Shown here piece by piece: positions 26,961-40,483 of a DNA stretch of 64,000 nt (position 1 is the stretch's first letter; each line of letters starts with the position of its first letter). Source of the DNA: Eledone cirrhosa (lineage: Eukaryota); NCBI GenBank assembly GCA_964016885.1, contig OZ024744.1, positions 56,482,001-56,546,000 on the forward strand, written 5' to 3'. The translations under genes were made by a program, and so were the position numbers. Under the pieces are notes generated by a model that ran no database searches, had not been told where the DNA came from, and worked only from the letters and a program-made list of their open reading frames with translations.

Positions 26961-27843
26961 ATAGCCTTTACTGTGATGGCTTAACAAGGTGATTCCTCTA
27001 TAATTAGAGCAATCTCTTTTGTCTTCCTTCTTGGCAGACTGTTCTGCAAGAGAACAGGTTGCACGTTGCAGATAGCAATAAAGCCACCAGATATGATGTT
27101 TAACTGCAATATAAGGGGCTCCTTAAAAGCCAGAAAAATAAGCATCCCTGGATCAAATAGTTGTAAGCTACTAGGAGATATGGAGCAATGATGATACTGT
27201 GAGCTCATAAGAAAACTCTCATAAGCCAGTAATGTATTTACAATGAGGTGAGTAAAAGCTGCCAAATCATAGATCAAACAGCAGTAAGTTACTAGGGGAG
27301 ATGGAACAATGGATGATACTGTTAGCTCTCAAAGAACCTCTCGCAACCCAGCAATAGTTACAACGAGGCCCGTATAACTGCAGTACAGTTCAATGTTTTT
27401 TATCATTATTTTCAAAAATTAATTGCAAATCAGTAGCAGCATCTTTCATTAGAAATATAGCCATAAAAGTGTTAAAAGAAAAAAAAAAAAACATTTCAGA
27501 ACTGACCCTCCTTTTTTTTTAAAGGGGGATTAGGACTACATTATTTAAAGTGCCACTTCGTTAAAACTGTAGGGTGTAATATGAGGGATATTTTCTACTA
27601 TTTCTAGCAAGTCAGTTGACCAAGAAGAGGCCCCGACATTGTATTGCCAACAAAAAACTAGCTTCATTTTGATGTAGACTAAACAATATGTAATTATAAG
27701 CTGTTATTTATTCAACTGAATAGTGGGATTAATCAAGTATGTTGAGAAACTGATGGAAATTATTGATTGCAAAACCAGTTTTTTCCATTACCTATTCCAT
27801 TTTACCAGGAACTTGGGATATCCCTGTAAATTTCATTTGTCAG

Positions 27844-27909
<66 letters not shown>

Positions 27910-27985
27910 TAGAGGTGCAAATTAATTGCGTCTGCAGGCAGTATGCCAAGATGAGCACTTGAAGCTCAGGGGAAGCAGAGTATCA

Positions 27986-28224
27986 ATAATAATATTAAAA
28001 GGGAACAAAGAATCAGTGTTGCATTATATACATATTTAATTACATATTACACTTGGACGTGTGTCTACATGTGAACACATATCCGAGGAGCTTCCGATTC
28101 CAGAGTCAGGATTGAACATTAATCGATCGTTCCACGAGCTGATCGACAGTGAAACATATGTAATATATAATTAAATATGTAAATGATGTAATACTGATTT
28201 TTTGTTCCCTTTTAATATTATTAT
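27986..28224. mobile_element. Small element with ~65-bp imperfect inverted arms and a degenerate hammerhead-like core
   Basis: Arms at about 27986-28050 and 28159-28224. Core reads atat-CCGAGGA...GAA-ACATATGT-A-atat. Confidence 0.5.
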
Positions 28225-28227
28225 ATA

Positions 28228-28792
28228 TATCATCATCATCATCATTTTATGCCCACTTTTCCCTGCTTGCAAGGGTGGGACGGGTCCTATTCAGCACAGC
28301 ATCTCTCCACTTGTCACGGTCCTTTAACATCTCCTCCATGAGCTTCAGCAATCTGAGGTCCGCTCTCACCACCTCAGCCCATGTTTTTCGTGGTCTTCCT
28401 CTACTGCATCTTCCTTCTACTGGGATTTCTTGGCACTTCTTTACCTAGCGGTCATCCTCCATGCGCATCACATGTCCATACCAACGCAGTCTTCTCTCCC
28501 GCACACTACAGCCTATCCCTCTTATACACAGTTTCTCTCTCAACTCGACCATGCTTGGTCATTCACGCACATTGACATTGCACATCCAACGGAGCATACT
28601 TGCTTCATTTCTCTCCAGCCATTGCATATACTCTGCAGTTGCTGCCCATGTCTCACTACCATGCAGCATTGCGCATCTCACACAGTCATCATATAACCGG
28701 CCTTTCGTACGCAGAGAGAAACCGATCTTTGTCAACAGAGGAAGCAGCTCCATAAACTTCTTCCAACACGTCCTTATTCTAGATACTATGGA
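28228..28792 (-). mobile_element. RTE family E 3' fragment
   Basis: Homologous to 5897-6450. Confidence 0.88.
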
Positions 28793-29269
28793 ATGGAAAG
28801 TCAATAATTTTACTAGGTTGTCTCCCTTGATTGTTTTTGAAAACCAGAATTAGTTGTTTAGTTTACATATTGAGACACCAATATGAATAAGAATGGGGGG
28901 GGGGTTGGAAACAATCTAAACAATTAATAAGCAGGTGTGTGGGTATGGGGGGGAGGGGGCGATTATTTGAGACTCAAGAGAATACATAGTAAAAGGCAGT
29001 TTAGATGAAATCTTTTCCATTTCCTTATTTTATATTGCCACTTGTCTTGTTGAAACATGTGTAAGAGTAATAAAATGCCTTAAATATTTTCATCATACTT
29101 TGTCTATGCATTGTTTCAATCATCTGTGCTCTTACATTCAACAACACCTCCAATTGATTTATATCCAAAGTTTTAATTCCTGATTCTATAAGGATTACAC
29201 TCTGGATGAATAGATACATTCTCTTTACTGATTGTTGAACCATATTGAGCAGAGAAATTGGTGTTGGTG

Positions 29270-30312
29270 GTGGTGGTGTGCTGTGGTCTTGGTTGTGGTG
29301 TGGTGTTGTGGTGGTGGTGATGTGGTGTTGGTGGTGTTGTTTGTGTTGTTGGTGGTGTTGGTGGTGTGGTGGTGGTGTGGTGTTACTGGTGTTAGTGGTG
29401 TGGTGTTGGTGGGGGTGTTGGTGGTGTTAGTGGTGTGGTGTTGGTGGGGGTGTTGGTGGTGTGGTGTTGGTGGTGTTGTTTGTGTGTGTTGGTGGTGTGG
29501 TGTTGGTGGTGTTGGCGGTGGAGTTGGTGGTTGGTGTTGTTGGTGGTGTTGGTGGTGTTGTGTTGGTGTGGTGGTGGTGGTGGTGTGGTGGTGGTGGTGG
29601 TAGAGTTGGTGCTTGGTGTTGGTGGTGTGGTGTTGGTTGTGGTGTGGTGTTGGTTGTGGTGGAGGTGGTGTGGTGGTGTGGTGTTGTTGGTGGTGACATG
29701 GTTTGGTAGTAGTGCTGTGATAGTGGTGGTGGTGTGATGGAGATGTTTATGGTAGTGGTGGTAGTTGTGGCAGTGCTGATAGTGTTGGTGGCAGTGGTGG
29801 TGGTGTTAATTGTGGTGTTGACGATGATGATGATGATCCTGTTATGCTCCATATAGTTCTATTCAGTTTGACGTCACCAAGGCGAAAGATAACACTAGTC
29901 ACCTGTAAAGCTTCACACTAACATTCACACACACACACACACATGCACACACACACACACACACTCACACACACACATTTATGCATAAATACATACACAT
30001 ACATACACACTCATACATGTGCATACATACATGCACACACACATATACATACATACACACATACATTCATGCACACATACACATGCACACACACACACAC
30101 ACACATACATACACACATACATACATATACACACACACATGCATACATACACACGTACATACATACACACATACACACATACATACATACATACATACAT
30201 GCATACATACATACATACATACATACACACACGCATACATACATACACACACACATACATACATACATACATACACACACACATACATACACACATACAT
30301 ACATACATACAT
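29270..30312. repeat. (GGT/GTT)-rich low-complexity tract followed by a (CA)/(CATA)n tract
   Basis: Direct inspection: 29270-29836 and 29926-30312. Confidence 0.95.
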
Positions 30313-31042
30313 GGTGGCTGCCAACTCGTTTTCGAGTACGGCCACTACTTTATATCCATGTAGGAGAACCCCTACCGATGCGCTGAACGAGTGTGACTTT
30401 TTAGTCCAGCCAGCGACTTGAAAACTCTGGTACAAACACAACACTTGTGACAATTATTGACACATAGTGCTGGGCCCATGGTACCATGTGATGACAAGTG
30501 CAGAGAGATCTCCAGATATAAAGCAATGCCTGTGCCGTGAAGCTTTTATAGTGAGCAAAGGCACTGCACAAAGCCAGTCCCACTCTCTTAACCAAGATGA
30601 TATTTACCAAAAAGAAGAACAAATCAACATCATTGGATACCATCAGGGTTGCAGTTGTTTTATCAGAGTTTTCCTTCTCCTAGAATTCTACCTTGACAAA
30701 GGCTAAGGGGTCATCTCTCCCGGTGATTTTGGATGGCCATTGACTCTTAAGAGCTCCTTTGCCCTTTGACAGGTTTTGTTTTTAGTCCTGCAGGATGTCC
30801 AAAGTCACCCCCCTCACCAAGAAACCTTGGTGGGGTTGCCAGTTTAGTCGCCAACGACCCGACCATGGGACAGGTTGTACTGGGATACATGTTACCAGTA
30901 GCACATACATACATACACACATACATACATACATACTTACATACATACATACATACACACACACATACATACATACATATATACACACACACATACATAC
31001 ACACATACATACACACATACATACACACATACATACATACAT

Positions 31043-31668
31043 AATGTAAGCCACATTGTTGCCAGCTGTGAAAGAATGTCATCTCGCTACTACCTCCCCA
31101 TGAGACACGATGGGATAGCTAGAACCATCTGGAACGCACTTCGGAAAACAAAATTAACAACAAACGAGGAAGAATATATTGAGACAGATGGCACTAAGGA
31201 ATACTGGTGGAACCTGAAAATAAAAACTGCCACCAAATTAAAGCACAACCGGCCTGATATTGTTGTTTGGGACCACACATTGAAAACGTGTTCTGTTGTG
31301 GAGATCAGCTGCTCACTAGATGTAAACGTTGTCAGAAAAATACAGGGGAAGGAGGACATCTACGGACCATTGATGAGGAGTTTACAAATCCAGTATCCAA
31401 GATACACCTTTAGCTTCATACCCATCATTATTGGAGCTACGGGTTATATACCAACCCGCTTGGACCAAAGTATGACTGAACTTGGATTTGCGGACAAAAA
31501 GTGCAGCTCCCTAATTCATAGTCTACAAATGGCTGCGATAGCTGGCACCTTCAAAATTTGCAAAACATTCTTGCGATTCAAGGGATGACAATTTCTTTTC
31601 TTTTACAACCTTGCCACCAGGAAGGTGGCCGGTCAAAAAAAATATACTCGAAATTAAGAGAAAGAGAT
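31043..31668 (+). mobile_element. 3' end of an RLE-type (R4/Dong-like) non-LTR retrotransposon within (CATA)n
   Basis: HIVASC, RHD and RPDIVV...VEISC restriction-like endonuclease motifs in ORF 31076-31588. (CATA)n on both sides. Confidence 0.82.
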
Positions 31669-31777
31669 ATCATACATACATACACACACACATACATACA
31701 TACATACATACATACACACGCACATACATACACACACACACATACACACACAGATACATATATACATACATACACAC

Positions 31778-31836
<59 letters not shown>

Positions 31837-31837
31837 T

Positions 31838-31872
<35 letters not shown>

Positions 31873-32011
31873 TACATACATACATACATACATACACACA
31901 CACATACATACATACATACACACACACATACATACATACATACATACATACATACACACACACACATACATACACACACGCATACATACATACACACACA
32001 CATACATACAT

Positions 32012-32048
<37 letters not shown>

Positions 32049-32384
32049 TACATACATACATACATAGCATTTACTTTGTTTCTTCTGAGACCATACAAGT
32101 CTTTACAGAAACAAGACAATTTATTTAAAGATAAGAATCTATAAAAAATTGTTTTTTTTCGTTAATTCCTGTCTTTGTAAAGAGTCTGTATAATCAACTT
32201 TACTTTGAAATGGCTTTGGGGGGAAAGACTCGTTCAGATCTGAGCAAGATTTAGCATTACATTGTTGTTTACAGCTCATACTAATGTAGGTTGTACCTGG
32301 TTTTATATGTATGAGGCTGCACCTTATAGGAGGTTTCTCAAGTGTTTTTTTTTTTTATTGATAGGGACCTTCATTTCTATCATG

Positions 32385-32658
32385 TGTCATCATCATCATC
32401 ATCATTGTCATTGTCATTGTCATTGTCATCATCATCATTGTCATTGTCATCATCATCTTTATTGTCATCATCATCATCATCATCACCATCATCATCGTCA
32501 TCATCATCATCATCACTATCATCACCATCATCGTCGTCATCATCATCGTCGTCATCGTCATCGTCATCATCATCATCATCATTATCACCACCTTTGTCAT
32601 CATCATCCTCATCCTCATAATCATCATCATCATCATCAGCATCACCATCATCATCATC

Positions 32659-32693
<35 letters not shown>

Positions 32694-32763
32694 TATTATT
32701 ATCATCACCATTATCACCACCACCACCACGACCATCATCATCAGCATCACCATCATCATCATC

Positions 32764-32798
<35 letters not shown>

Positions 32799-32963
32799 TA
32801 TTATTATCATCACCATTATCACCACCACCACCACGACCATCATCATCATCACCATCATCATCATCTTCATCATCATTATCATCATCATTATCATCACCAT
32901 TATCACCATCACCACCATCATCTTCATCATCATCATCATCATTATCATCACCATTATCATCAT
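32385..32963. repeat. Expanded (CAT)n microsatellite, the tail of the adjacent minus-strand LINE
   Basis: Direct inspection. It abuts an RTE-type terminus. Confidence 0.93.
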
Positions 32964-33056
32964 CCTCTAACCTCCACTTTCCCTGGTAGCAGGAGTTGGG
33001 TGGGCCTTCACAGACCGAGTCAGTACTGAAGTGAATCTACTGAACTTGCAGATAGG

Positions 33057-35214
33057 CCAGGGGTCAGCATTGTACTTACTTGCATATGGTCCCATACTCT
33101 ACTGAGTGCATATTATCAAGGTACCAGCACTAGAGAAGTCCAGGGGTCAGCATTGTACTTACTTGCATATGGTCCCATACTCTACTGAGTGCATATTATC
33201 AAGGTACCAGCACTAGAGAAGTCCAGGGGTCAGCATTGTACTTACTGGCATATGGTCCCATACTCTACTGAGTGCATATTATCAAGGTACCAGCACTAGA
33301 GAAGTCCAGGGGTCAGCATTGTACTTACTTGCATATGGTCCCATACTCTACTGAGTGCATATTATCAAGGTACCAGCACTAGAGAAGTCCAGGGGTCAGC
33401 ATTGTACTTACTTGCATATGGTCCCATACTCTACTGAGTGCATATTATCAAGGTACCAGCACTAGAGAAGTCCAGGGGTCAGCATTGTACTTACTTGCAT
33501 ATGGTCCCATACTCTACTGAGTGCATATTATCAAGGTACCAGCACTAGAGAAGTCCAGGGGTCAGCATTGTACTTACTTGCATATGGTCCCATACTCTAC
33601 TGAGTGCATATTATCAAGGTACCAGCACTAGAGAAGTCCAGGGGTCAGCATTGTACTTACTTGCATATGGTCCCATACTCTACTGAGTGCATATTATCAA
33701 GGTACCAGCACTAGAGAAGTCCAGGGGTCAGCATTGTACTTACTTGCATATGGTCCCATACTCTACTGAGTGCATATTATCAAGGTACCAGCACTAGAGA
33801 AGTCCAGGGGTCAGCATTGTACTTACTTGCATATGGTCCCATACTGTACTGAGTGCATATTATCAAGGTACCAGCACTAGAGAAGTCCAGGGGTCAGCAT
33901 TGTACTTACTTGCATATGGTCCCATACTCTACTGAGTGCATATTATCAAGGTACCAGCACTAGAGAAGTCCAGGGGTCAGCATTGTACTTACTTGCATAT
34001 GGTCCCATACTGTACTGAGTGCATATTATCAAGGTACCAGCACTAGAGAAGTCCAGGGGTCAGCATTGTACTTACTTGCATATGGTCCCATACTCTACTG
34101 AGTGCATATTATCAAGGTACCAGCACTAGAGAAGTCCAGGGGTCAGCATTGTACTTACTTGCATATGGTCCCATACTGTACTGAGTGCATATTATCAAGG
34201 TACCAGCACTAGAGAAGTCCAGGGGTCAGCATTGTACTTACTTGCATATGGTCCCATACTCTACTGAGTGCATATTATCAAGGTACCAGCACTAGAGAAG
34301 TCCAGGGGTCAGCATTGTACTTACTTGCATATGGTCCCATACTGTACTGAGTGCATATTATCAAGGTACCAGCACTAGAGAAGTCCAGGGGTCAGCATTG
34401 TACTTACTTGCATATGGTCCCATACTCTACTGAGTGCATATTATCAAGGTACCAGCACTAGAGAAGTCCAGGGGTCAGCATTGTACTTACTGGCATATGG
34501 TCCCATACTCTACTGAGTGCATATTATCAAGGTACCAGCACTAGAGAAGTCCAGGGGTCAGCATTGTACTTACTTGCATATGGTCCCATACTCTACTGAG
34601 TGCATATTATCAAGGTACCAGCACTAGAGAAGTCCAGGGGTCAGCATTGTACTTACTTGCATATGGTCCCATACTCTACTGAGTGCATATTATCAAGGTA
34701 CCAGCACTAGAGAAGTCCAGGGGTCAGCATTGTACTTACTTGCATATGGTCCCATACTCTACTGAGTGCATATTATCAAGGTACCAGCACTAGAGAAGTC
34801 CAGGGGTCAGCATTGTACTTACTTGCATATGGTCCCATACTCTACTGAGTGCATATTATCAAGGTACCAGCACTAGAGAAGTCCAGGGGTCAGCATTGTA
34901 CTTACTTGCATATGGTCCCATACTCTACTGAGTGCATATTATCAAGGTACCAGCACTAGAGAAGTCCAGGGGTCAGCATTGTACTTACTGGCATATGGTC
35001 CCATACTCTACTGAGTGCATATTATCAAGGTACCAGCACTAGAGAAGTCCAGGGGTCAGCATTGTACTTACTGGCATATGGTCCCATACTCTACTGAGTG
35101 CATATTATCAAGGTACCAGCACTAGAGAAGTCCAGGGGTCAGCATTGTACTTACTGGCATATGGTCCCATACTCTACTGAGTGCATATTATCAAGGTACC
35201 AGCACTAGAGAAGT
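33057..35214. repeat. 83-bp tandem array, 26 near-identical units
   Basis: Period 33057 to 33140. Only two variable sites were seen. Confidence 0.98.
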
Positions 35215-35699
35215 TTTTGTCTCAGTTGTCTCATTTGAAGGGTCTATTCTGCTCTGCGGAGTGTGAAGGTGATGAGAAGGAAGTTGTATGATTTGACAGG
35301 GTGATAAGTAGGGGTGTCGGGGGAGCAGACGTAGTGAGTATGAGAATATGTAAATGGTGATAGTGGTCGAGGTGGGGGCAGTGTGGTCAATAGTGTGGGG
35401 GCAGAGGACACTCATCACTGTGTGGACATATTTTGGCGATGAGTGGGAGGGGGGGGGCACTGTAGTGATGGGGAGAATAGCTAAGTGAAGGGGGCATGGG
35501 CAGATATAGGGGGAACAGGGTGGAGCGGGGAGCTACTAGGGGTGCAATAGAAAGGGTATCTAAGGACTTTAGAGGGGGGAATAGCTAAGGAGTGATACTG
35601 GAGAGGGTATGGATAGGGTGGGGTTGGGTGTAGTGATGGTGAGGATAACTTCTAAAGAGTACTAGTGGAAGTGGAGGACACAGGGGTGGGTGAGATCAC

Positions 35700-36490
35700 A
35701 TTGTATGCTGGTGGCTGGGTCTGCATCATCACAGCATAGTGTCAGCCCTCGCAGTCCTTTGTCATCTTTTTTTTTAGGTTTACCTTCTTAAGGTTTGTCT
35801 TCTCTACTTTGTCCCAAGTATTCCTGGGTCTGCCTCTTCCATGGATCCTGGCCATTGGAGTTTGTCTGCATTTTTTTATGCAGGTGCTAACTTTCATATG
35901 CATCACATGTCCATACCCATGCAGTCTTCTCTCTTGCACACTATCTCTTATACCTAGTTTTTCTCTCAGATCCCTTATGATGCCATTCTTGCACACTAAC
36001 ATTGCACATCCATCGGATCATACTTGGCTAATTTCTTTCCAGCCTTTACAGGTCTTCTGTAGTCAATGAAGCATTGCATTTTTATCATCTGCATACAAGA
36101 GTTCCCATGGGCTGCCAGTCTTAAACTCCTCTGTTATAGACTACAAAATGATAACAAACAGGAGAGGGCTAAAAACAGAATCCTGGGGGACACCTAACTG
36201 CACGCTAAATTCTTTATTATAGTCATTGTTAATCCTAACTTTGATGACTGCTCCTTTATACATGGCTGGTACTGCCTCCGCAAGCCACTCATCTACTTCT
36301 AGTTTCCTAAGAGCCCCCCAGATTATGGCACAGGGGACACTATCAAAAGTTTTCTCCAGGTCAACAAATGCCAAGTAGAGGGGTTTACTTTTAGCTAGGT
36401 ATTTTTCCTGCAGTTTCCTCACAAGAAAGAGGACATCAGTGGTACTTTTACCTGGCACAAATCCAAACTGCATCTCATCTAGTTTAACTC
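35700..36490 (-). mobile_element. Degenerate, internally deleted RTE LINE
   Basis: QFGFVPGKSTTD, FVDLEKTFD, LYADD and RLHGYGHV pieces. Confidence 0.88.
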
Positions 36491-36527
36491 ATATATATAT
36501 ATATGAGTTAAACTAAATGAGATGCAC

Positions 36528-36563
<36 letters not shown>

Positions 36564-36567
36564 ATAT

Positions 36568-37040
36568 AAAAAACATGAGAAAAAGAAGAATACTGCGTGG
36601 TTTGCACATGGGTTACATATGATAAAAATAGTCCTTCGTCAGTGATTTTCCAACCATCATTGGTATTTCATCGCATTAAAAATCAGATACCCCAGGTTGG
36701 TGCGACCAATAATCTAAAAAAAGTTATTGGGACCAGTAATCGCGTAAAGCGAGGGGGACAAGTGAACAACATAGAAGGATAAAAACAAACCAAAGAAAGG
36801 AAATAAACAAGCAACATGGTAGTCCTGGTCAGTATAAGCTGGGTGGATTTCATGAGCGAAAAGTATAGACGTCCGACCTGAGTGAGATGTAAGCAAGAAG
36901 AGAGGCCCACTGTTAGCCAAATGGGAGGAAGTGAGAAGGGGAGAAACAGAAAGTGAGTGAGTGGAAGTGCGAGGAAGCGGTCAGTCGAGAGAAAGTGTAA
37001 CTGACAGAGGGGGTGAAAGAAGGTGAGAGAAACAGAGAAT
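36568..37040 (-). mobile_element. TA-flanked non-coding element, copy 3 (longest copy of the pseudoknotted-hammerhead family)
   Basis: Reverse-complement homology to copies 1 and 2. Confidence 0.85.
36631..36733 (-). ncRNA. Candidate non-canonical hammerhead ribozyme, copy 3
   Basis: GGTAT-C-TGATTTT ... GAA-ATACC ... AAAATCA-CTGACGA on the minus strand. Confidence 0.62.
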
Positions 37041-37508
37041 ATATATATAGGAAAATGTATGACCCCGACGCAGAGCTCAAGCCGTTTCGACAGCTATTTA
37101 TGGACTAAATTAGAATTTTTAGCCTGGTATATATATATTATATTATATATTTATGTTCATACACAGAACAAAACCACTAACTAAGGTTTCAAGGCCCAAT
37201 ATTGACCATATCTCCAGATTGTGAGAGGGAAATTGTGACCTAATATGGTACATTGTTATTAATAATTTAACATTAAAAAGATATATATTGCCATTAAAAA
37301 AGCCATTTAAAAAATCACAGAAGATATTTACGATTCTGCAATATGCGATGGTTTCCACGAACAATTATTATTTAGGTTCTAAGGAATAACTGGGACCGTG
37401 AATGTCGGGACTGGGAATGCCAGGGGCACACTGTGTATATATAGCCTGAAACTAGCTATTGAAACAGCAGGAGTTCAGTCATTGGGTACTGACTCTTTAT
37501 AATATATA

Positions 37509-39340
37509 TCATCATCATCACCGTTTTACGTCCATTCTTCCTCTCTAGCATGGGTTAGATGGGTTGTCCGGTTGTGGGCAGTGTCTGGTTGGTTGACCTT
37601 GTCTTACTCATATGGGAACTGGTTCTGGCTTGATTTCTACAACTGGATGCCCTTCCTAACACCAACCTCATTTACAGTGAGTGTTGGGTGCTTTTTTTTC
37701 CGAGGTGCCTACACGTCCACTTTACAGTGTGGGCTGGGTGATTTTTTTGACGTGGCACCTCCACGACCACCTTGCAATGGGGGGGCATATTGTCTATATG
37801 CTTCAGCTTCGGCTTGTACCCGTGGGGGGGGGGTCTTCTGTAGTACTGCGTGACGCCAGAGGTCACGGCCGTGTGTCATCGCCTTTGAGAGGTGCAATTG
37901 GGTAAGGTCCACTTTTATCAGCTCATCCCAGGTCTTCCTGGGTCACCCCACTCCATGGCTTCTATCGACTTCTAGTGCTCTGCACCTTTTTATGCAGCTG
38001 CCATCCTTCATATGCATCACATGTCCATACCAAAGCAACCTCCTCTCCTGCACACAGCATTTGATTCCTCTTATGCTCAGTCTCTCTCTCAACCTATCCT
38101 TAAGTTCGTCTGGCAACCCCGATTGGGGTGCATAAGCTGATATTATTGTGGCAATTGTTTTATTCAGGACTAGTCTGAGTTTAATGATTCTTACATTCAC
38201 CCTGTTTACTGAGATTACCTTATCTACCCACTTGTCAACTAGTAGAATACCTACACCACCCATCCCATCGTCATTTCCCACCCAGATAAATTTGTAGCAC
38301 TGATTTTTGCCTACAAGGACTCTAGCAGACTCTCCTCTCAATCTAGTCTCTTGCACACAGCATACATCAATTTCCTTTCACTCTAACATCTCTACAATTT
38401 CTCCTGCTCTTCCTTTCATTGTGCTTACATTGATGGTTCCAGCTCGGAGTTTTGGGCGTTTGCCATCATTCGTGGGAAAGGTTAAATTTTTGCAGGGGGT
38501 GTATACTACCTGTCTCTGAATTAAATCTTCTCGTGGGTGCTTGGTAACTTGCGGATTCATATTCATTTATTAATTCGGGGTTGTTCCATTTATCCATACA
38601 TAATGGTAAAGGAATTCTTTGGTGCAGGACTAGAGGGACAGTAGTAGTAATGGCAGAGTTTGTTTGGGCTGGTAAGGGCTAGGAGAACAGTATTAGTAGT
38701 AGTACCAATGGCAGAGTTTGTTGGGGTTGATAATGGGTGGGGGCATGTTGCTGAGGTTTGATTGGTCGAATAGCCTATGGTGGTGTGAGGGGAAATTGTG
38801 AGATAGGTAGCCATCATGGCGTATAACATCACAGGAGATTTGGGTGAAATAAGCCGGTATAAGTAGGCATACTAGACAAGGCGAATATGCAAGGATTTCG
38901 AAGATAGTCATCTAGCTTTGTAAACCTCGAAATATTTAGAAATCCATTTTGCCTTTCAGGAATCAAAAATCTATGTCTGGCTTCGTAAACCTCGAAATGA
39001 ATGAATTAAAAAGAAGGGAGGTAATGGGTAAGGGATAGGGTATGACTTTCGTAGGGAGAGAGGGGGAGACATTATGACCAACGTGCTTTCCTTCGAAAAA
39101 CAAGGTCGTTTTTGGAAGAATTTGGGAAGAGAGGTACCTGTAGAGAAAATAATGTATGGATGTCTGGGATATATTGCGGATGTGTGGAGCAGTCATAAAA
39201 GCCTCTCTTCTCCATGTAGCTGTGTTTTATTGTTGGTTAGTGGTTTCTGTGTGTCTATAATTAAGGCTTCCTTAATTCTTAAATTCCACTAGCTTCCAGA
39301 AGTTCTTATCATTTATTACATATCTAACAATGTTTCATGT
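37509..39340 (-). mobile_element. RTE family B copy keeping the 5' UTR and 3' end but with a large internal deletion at about 38090
   Basis: APE sequence (AYAPQSGLPDELKDR) is fused directly to the C-terminal LRERLSIRG. The 5' part matches 60240-61147. The 5' boundary is approximate. Confidence 0.88.
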
Positions 39341-39769
39341 TTACTATATATATATAATAAATGACTGATAAATTTCAGAAAGTTGGTAAAACGCATACAA
39401 TGTGGTAGAAATAAGAAATATATAAAGAGTAAAGAATGACAAATAAAACAAAGTAAAGTAATGTTTTACCCAATATATTTCAACAATATTTCAGGGCTAA
39501 AACCCTCTTTTCAAACATAGAAAAGAAAGAGTTTAAAACAAAACAAATGATCTTTGTGTTCTTTTTTATGTGGTCTAAGCATCTAAAATATGCATGCATG
39601 TAGCCATTATAGTAGCCAATCTACTTCATCCCTCTCCAATCTATTATTTATTTGTGGCTTTTTCTTGTTGAAGATAATTGCCTTTTTGGTTCCTAAATTT
39701 CCCCCACATTCCTTTCCGTTGTCTCTTTGGTGACCTCAGTGTCTTGATTGCGGTTTCTATCAAGGTGTT

Positions 39770-39916
39770 TTTTTTGACAGAGAGGCTCTCATTGTCATGT
39801 GCTCCTTGATCAGTGTGTACAGCATCCAGACGGTTCTTCTGGTGTACAAGGAACTACATTGTTTACATGTGACCTTGTAGACCACATATGCTCTCATGCA
39901 CTCTTCTGCATTGTTG
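39770..39916 (-). pseudogene. Penelope-like GIY-YIG endonuclease remnant
   Basis: C...VVYKVTCKQCSSLYTRRT...L.T.IKEH fits the VVYxIxCxxCxxxYIGxTxRxLxxRxxEH pattern. Confidence 0.65.
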
Positions 39917-40483
39917 ATGACACACACACACACACACACATATATATACACATAGATACCACATATATTCATTCCTTCATGTATAATATATATTCATGTA
40001 TAATATATATTCATGTATAATATATATTCATGTATAATGCACATCCCTAATAATAGACAATGAAATGCTTTTATATAATACACACCAACGTTTCTTTAGT
40101 ATTAGGATATTTTAAAAAAGAGGAGCATTTAGTAAGATTTATTATAATTGCTGTGCAAATTAAATTTTAAATGTTTACGCATCCAAAACAAAATAAAAAT
40201 CAAATTCGAAAGTGACATTTGAACTTTACTGGTGTAGGTCATATCAGAGAACTTGCTGTAAAACCAATGTTCTGGAAATCCCACGAATATGTTTTTGTCT
40301 AAGAAATCAATTTTATTTGATTATGATGATGTACTTAACTCTTTTTGTTCTAAATTACCTGATACCATCCTTAGTTATTCAGTACTAAGCCATTGATTTT
40401 AGAATGTTTATATCTATCCGAAAACTTTACAACTTCATTTTATGTAAGAACCTTTGGTGAGTTATGTTCCAAGCACCACTTTA

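Noticed and set aside
30780-30905. Possible HDV-like ribozyme on the minus strand (CCAGT/ACTGG, CTAA)
   Set aside because: No consistent P1/P3/L3 could be assembled by eye. At best it is degenerate.
32262-33029. His-rich, Ser-rich and Met-rich ORFs, and all YI/HT/poly-K/E ORFs elsewhere
   Set aside because: These are translations of microsatellites.
33057-35214. CRISPR-like regular array (also the 39-bp and 46-bp arrays)
   Set aside because: Units are contiguous with no unique spacers, there are no cas genes, and the context is eukaryotic.
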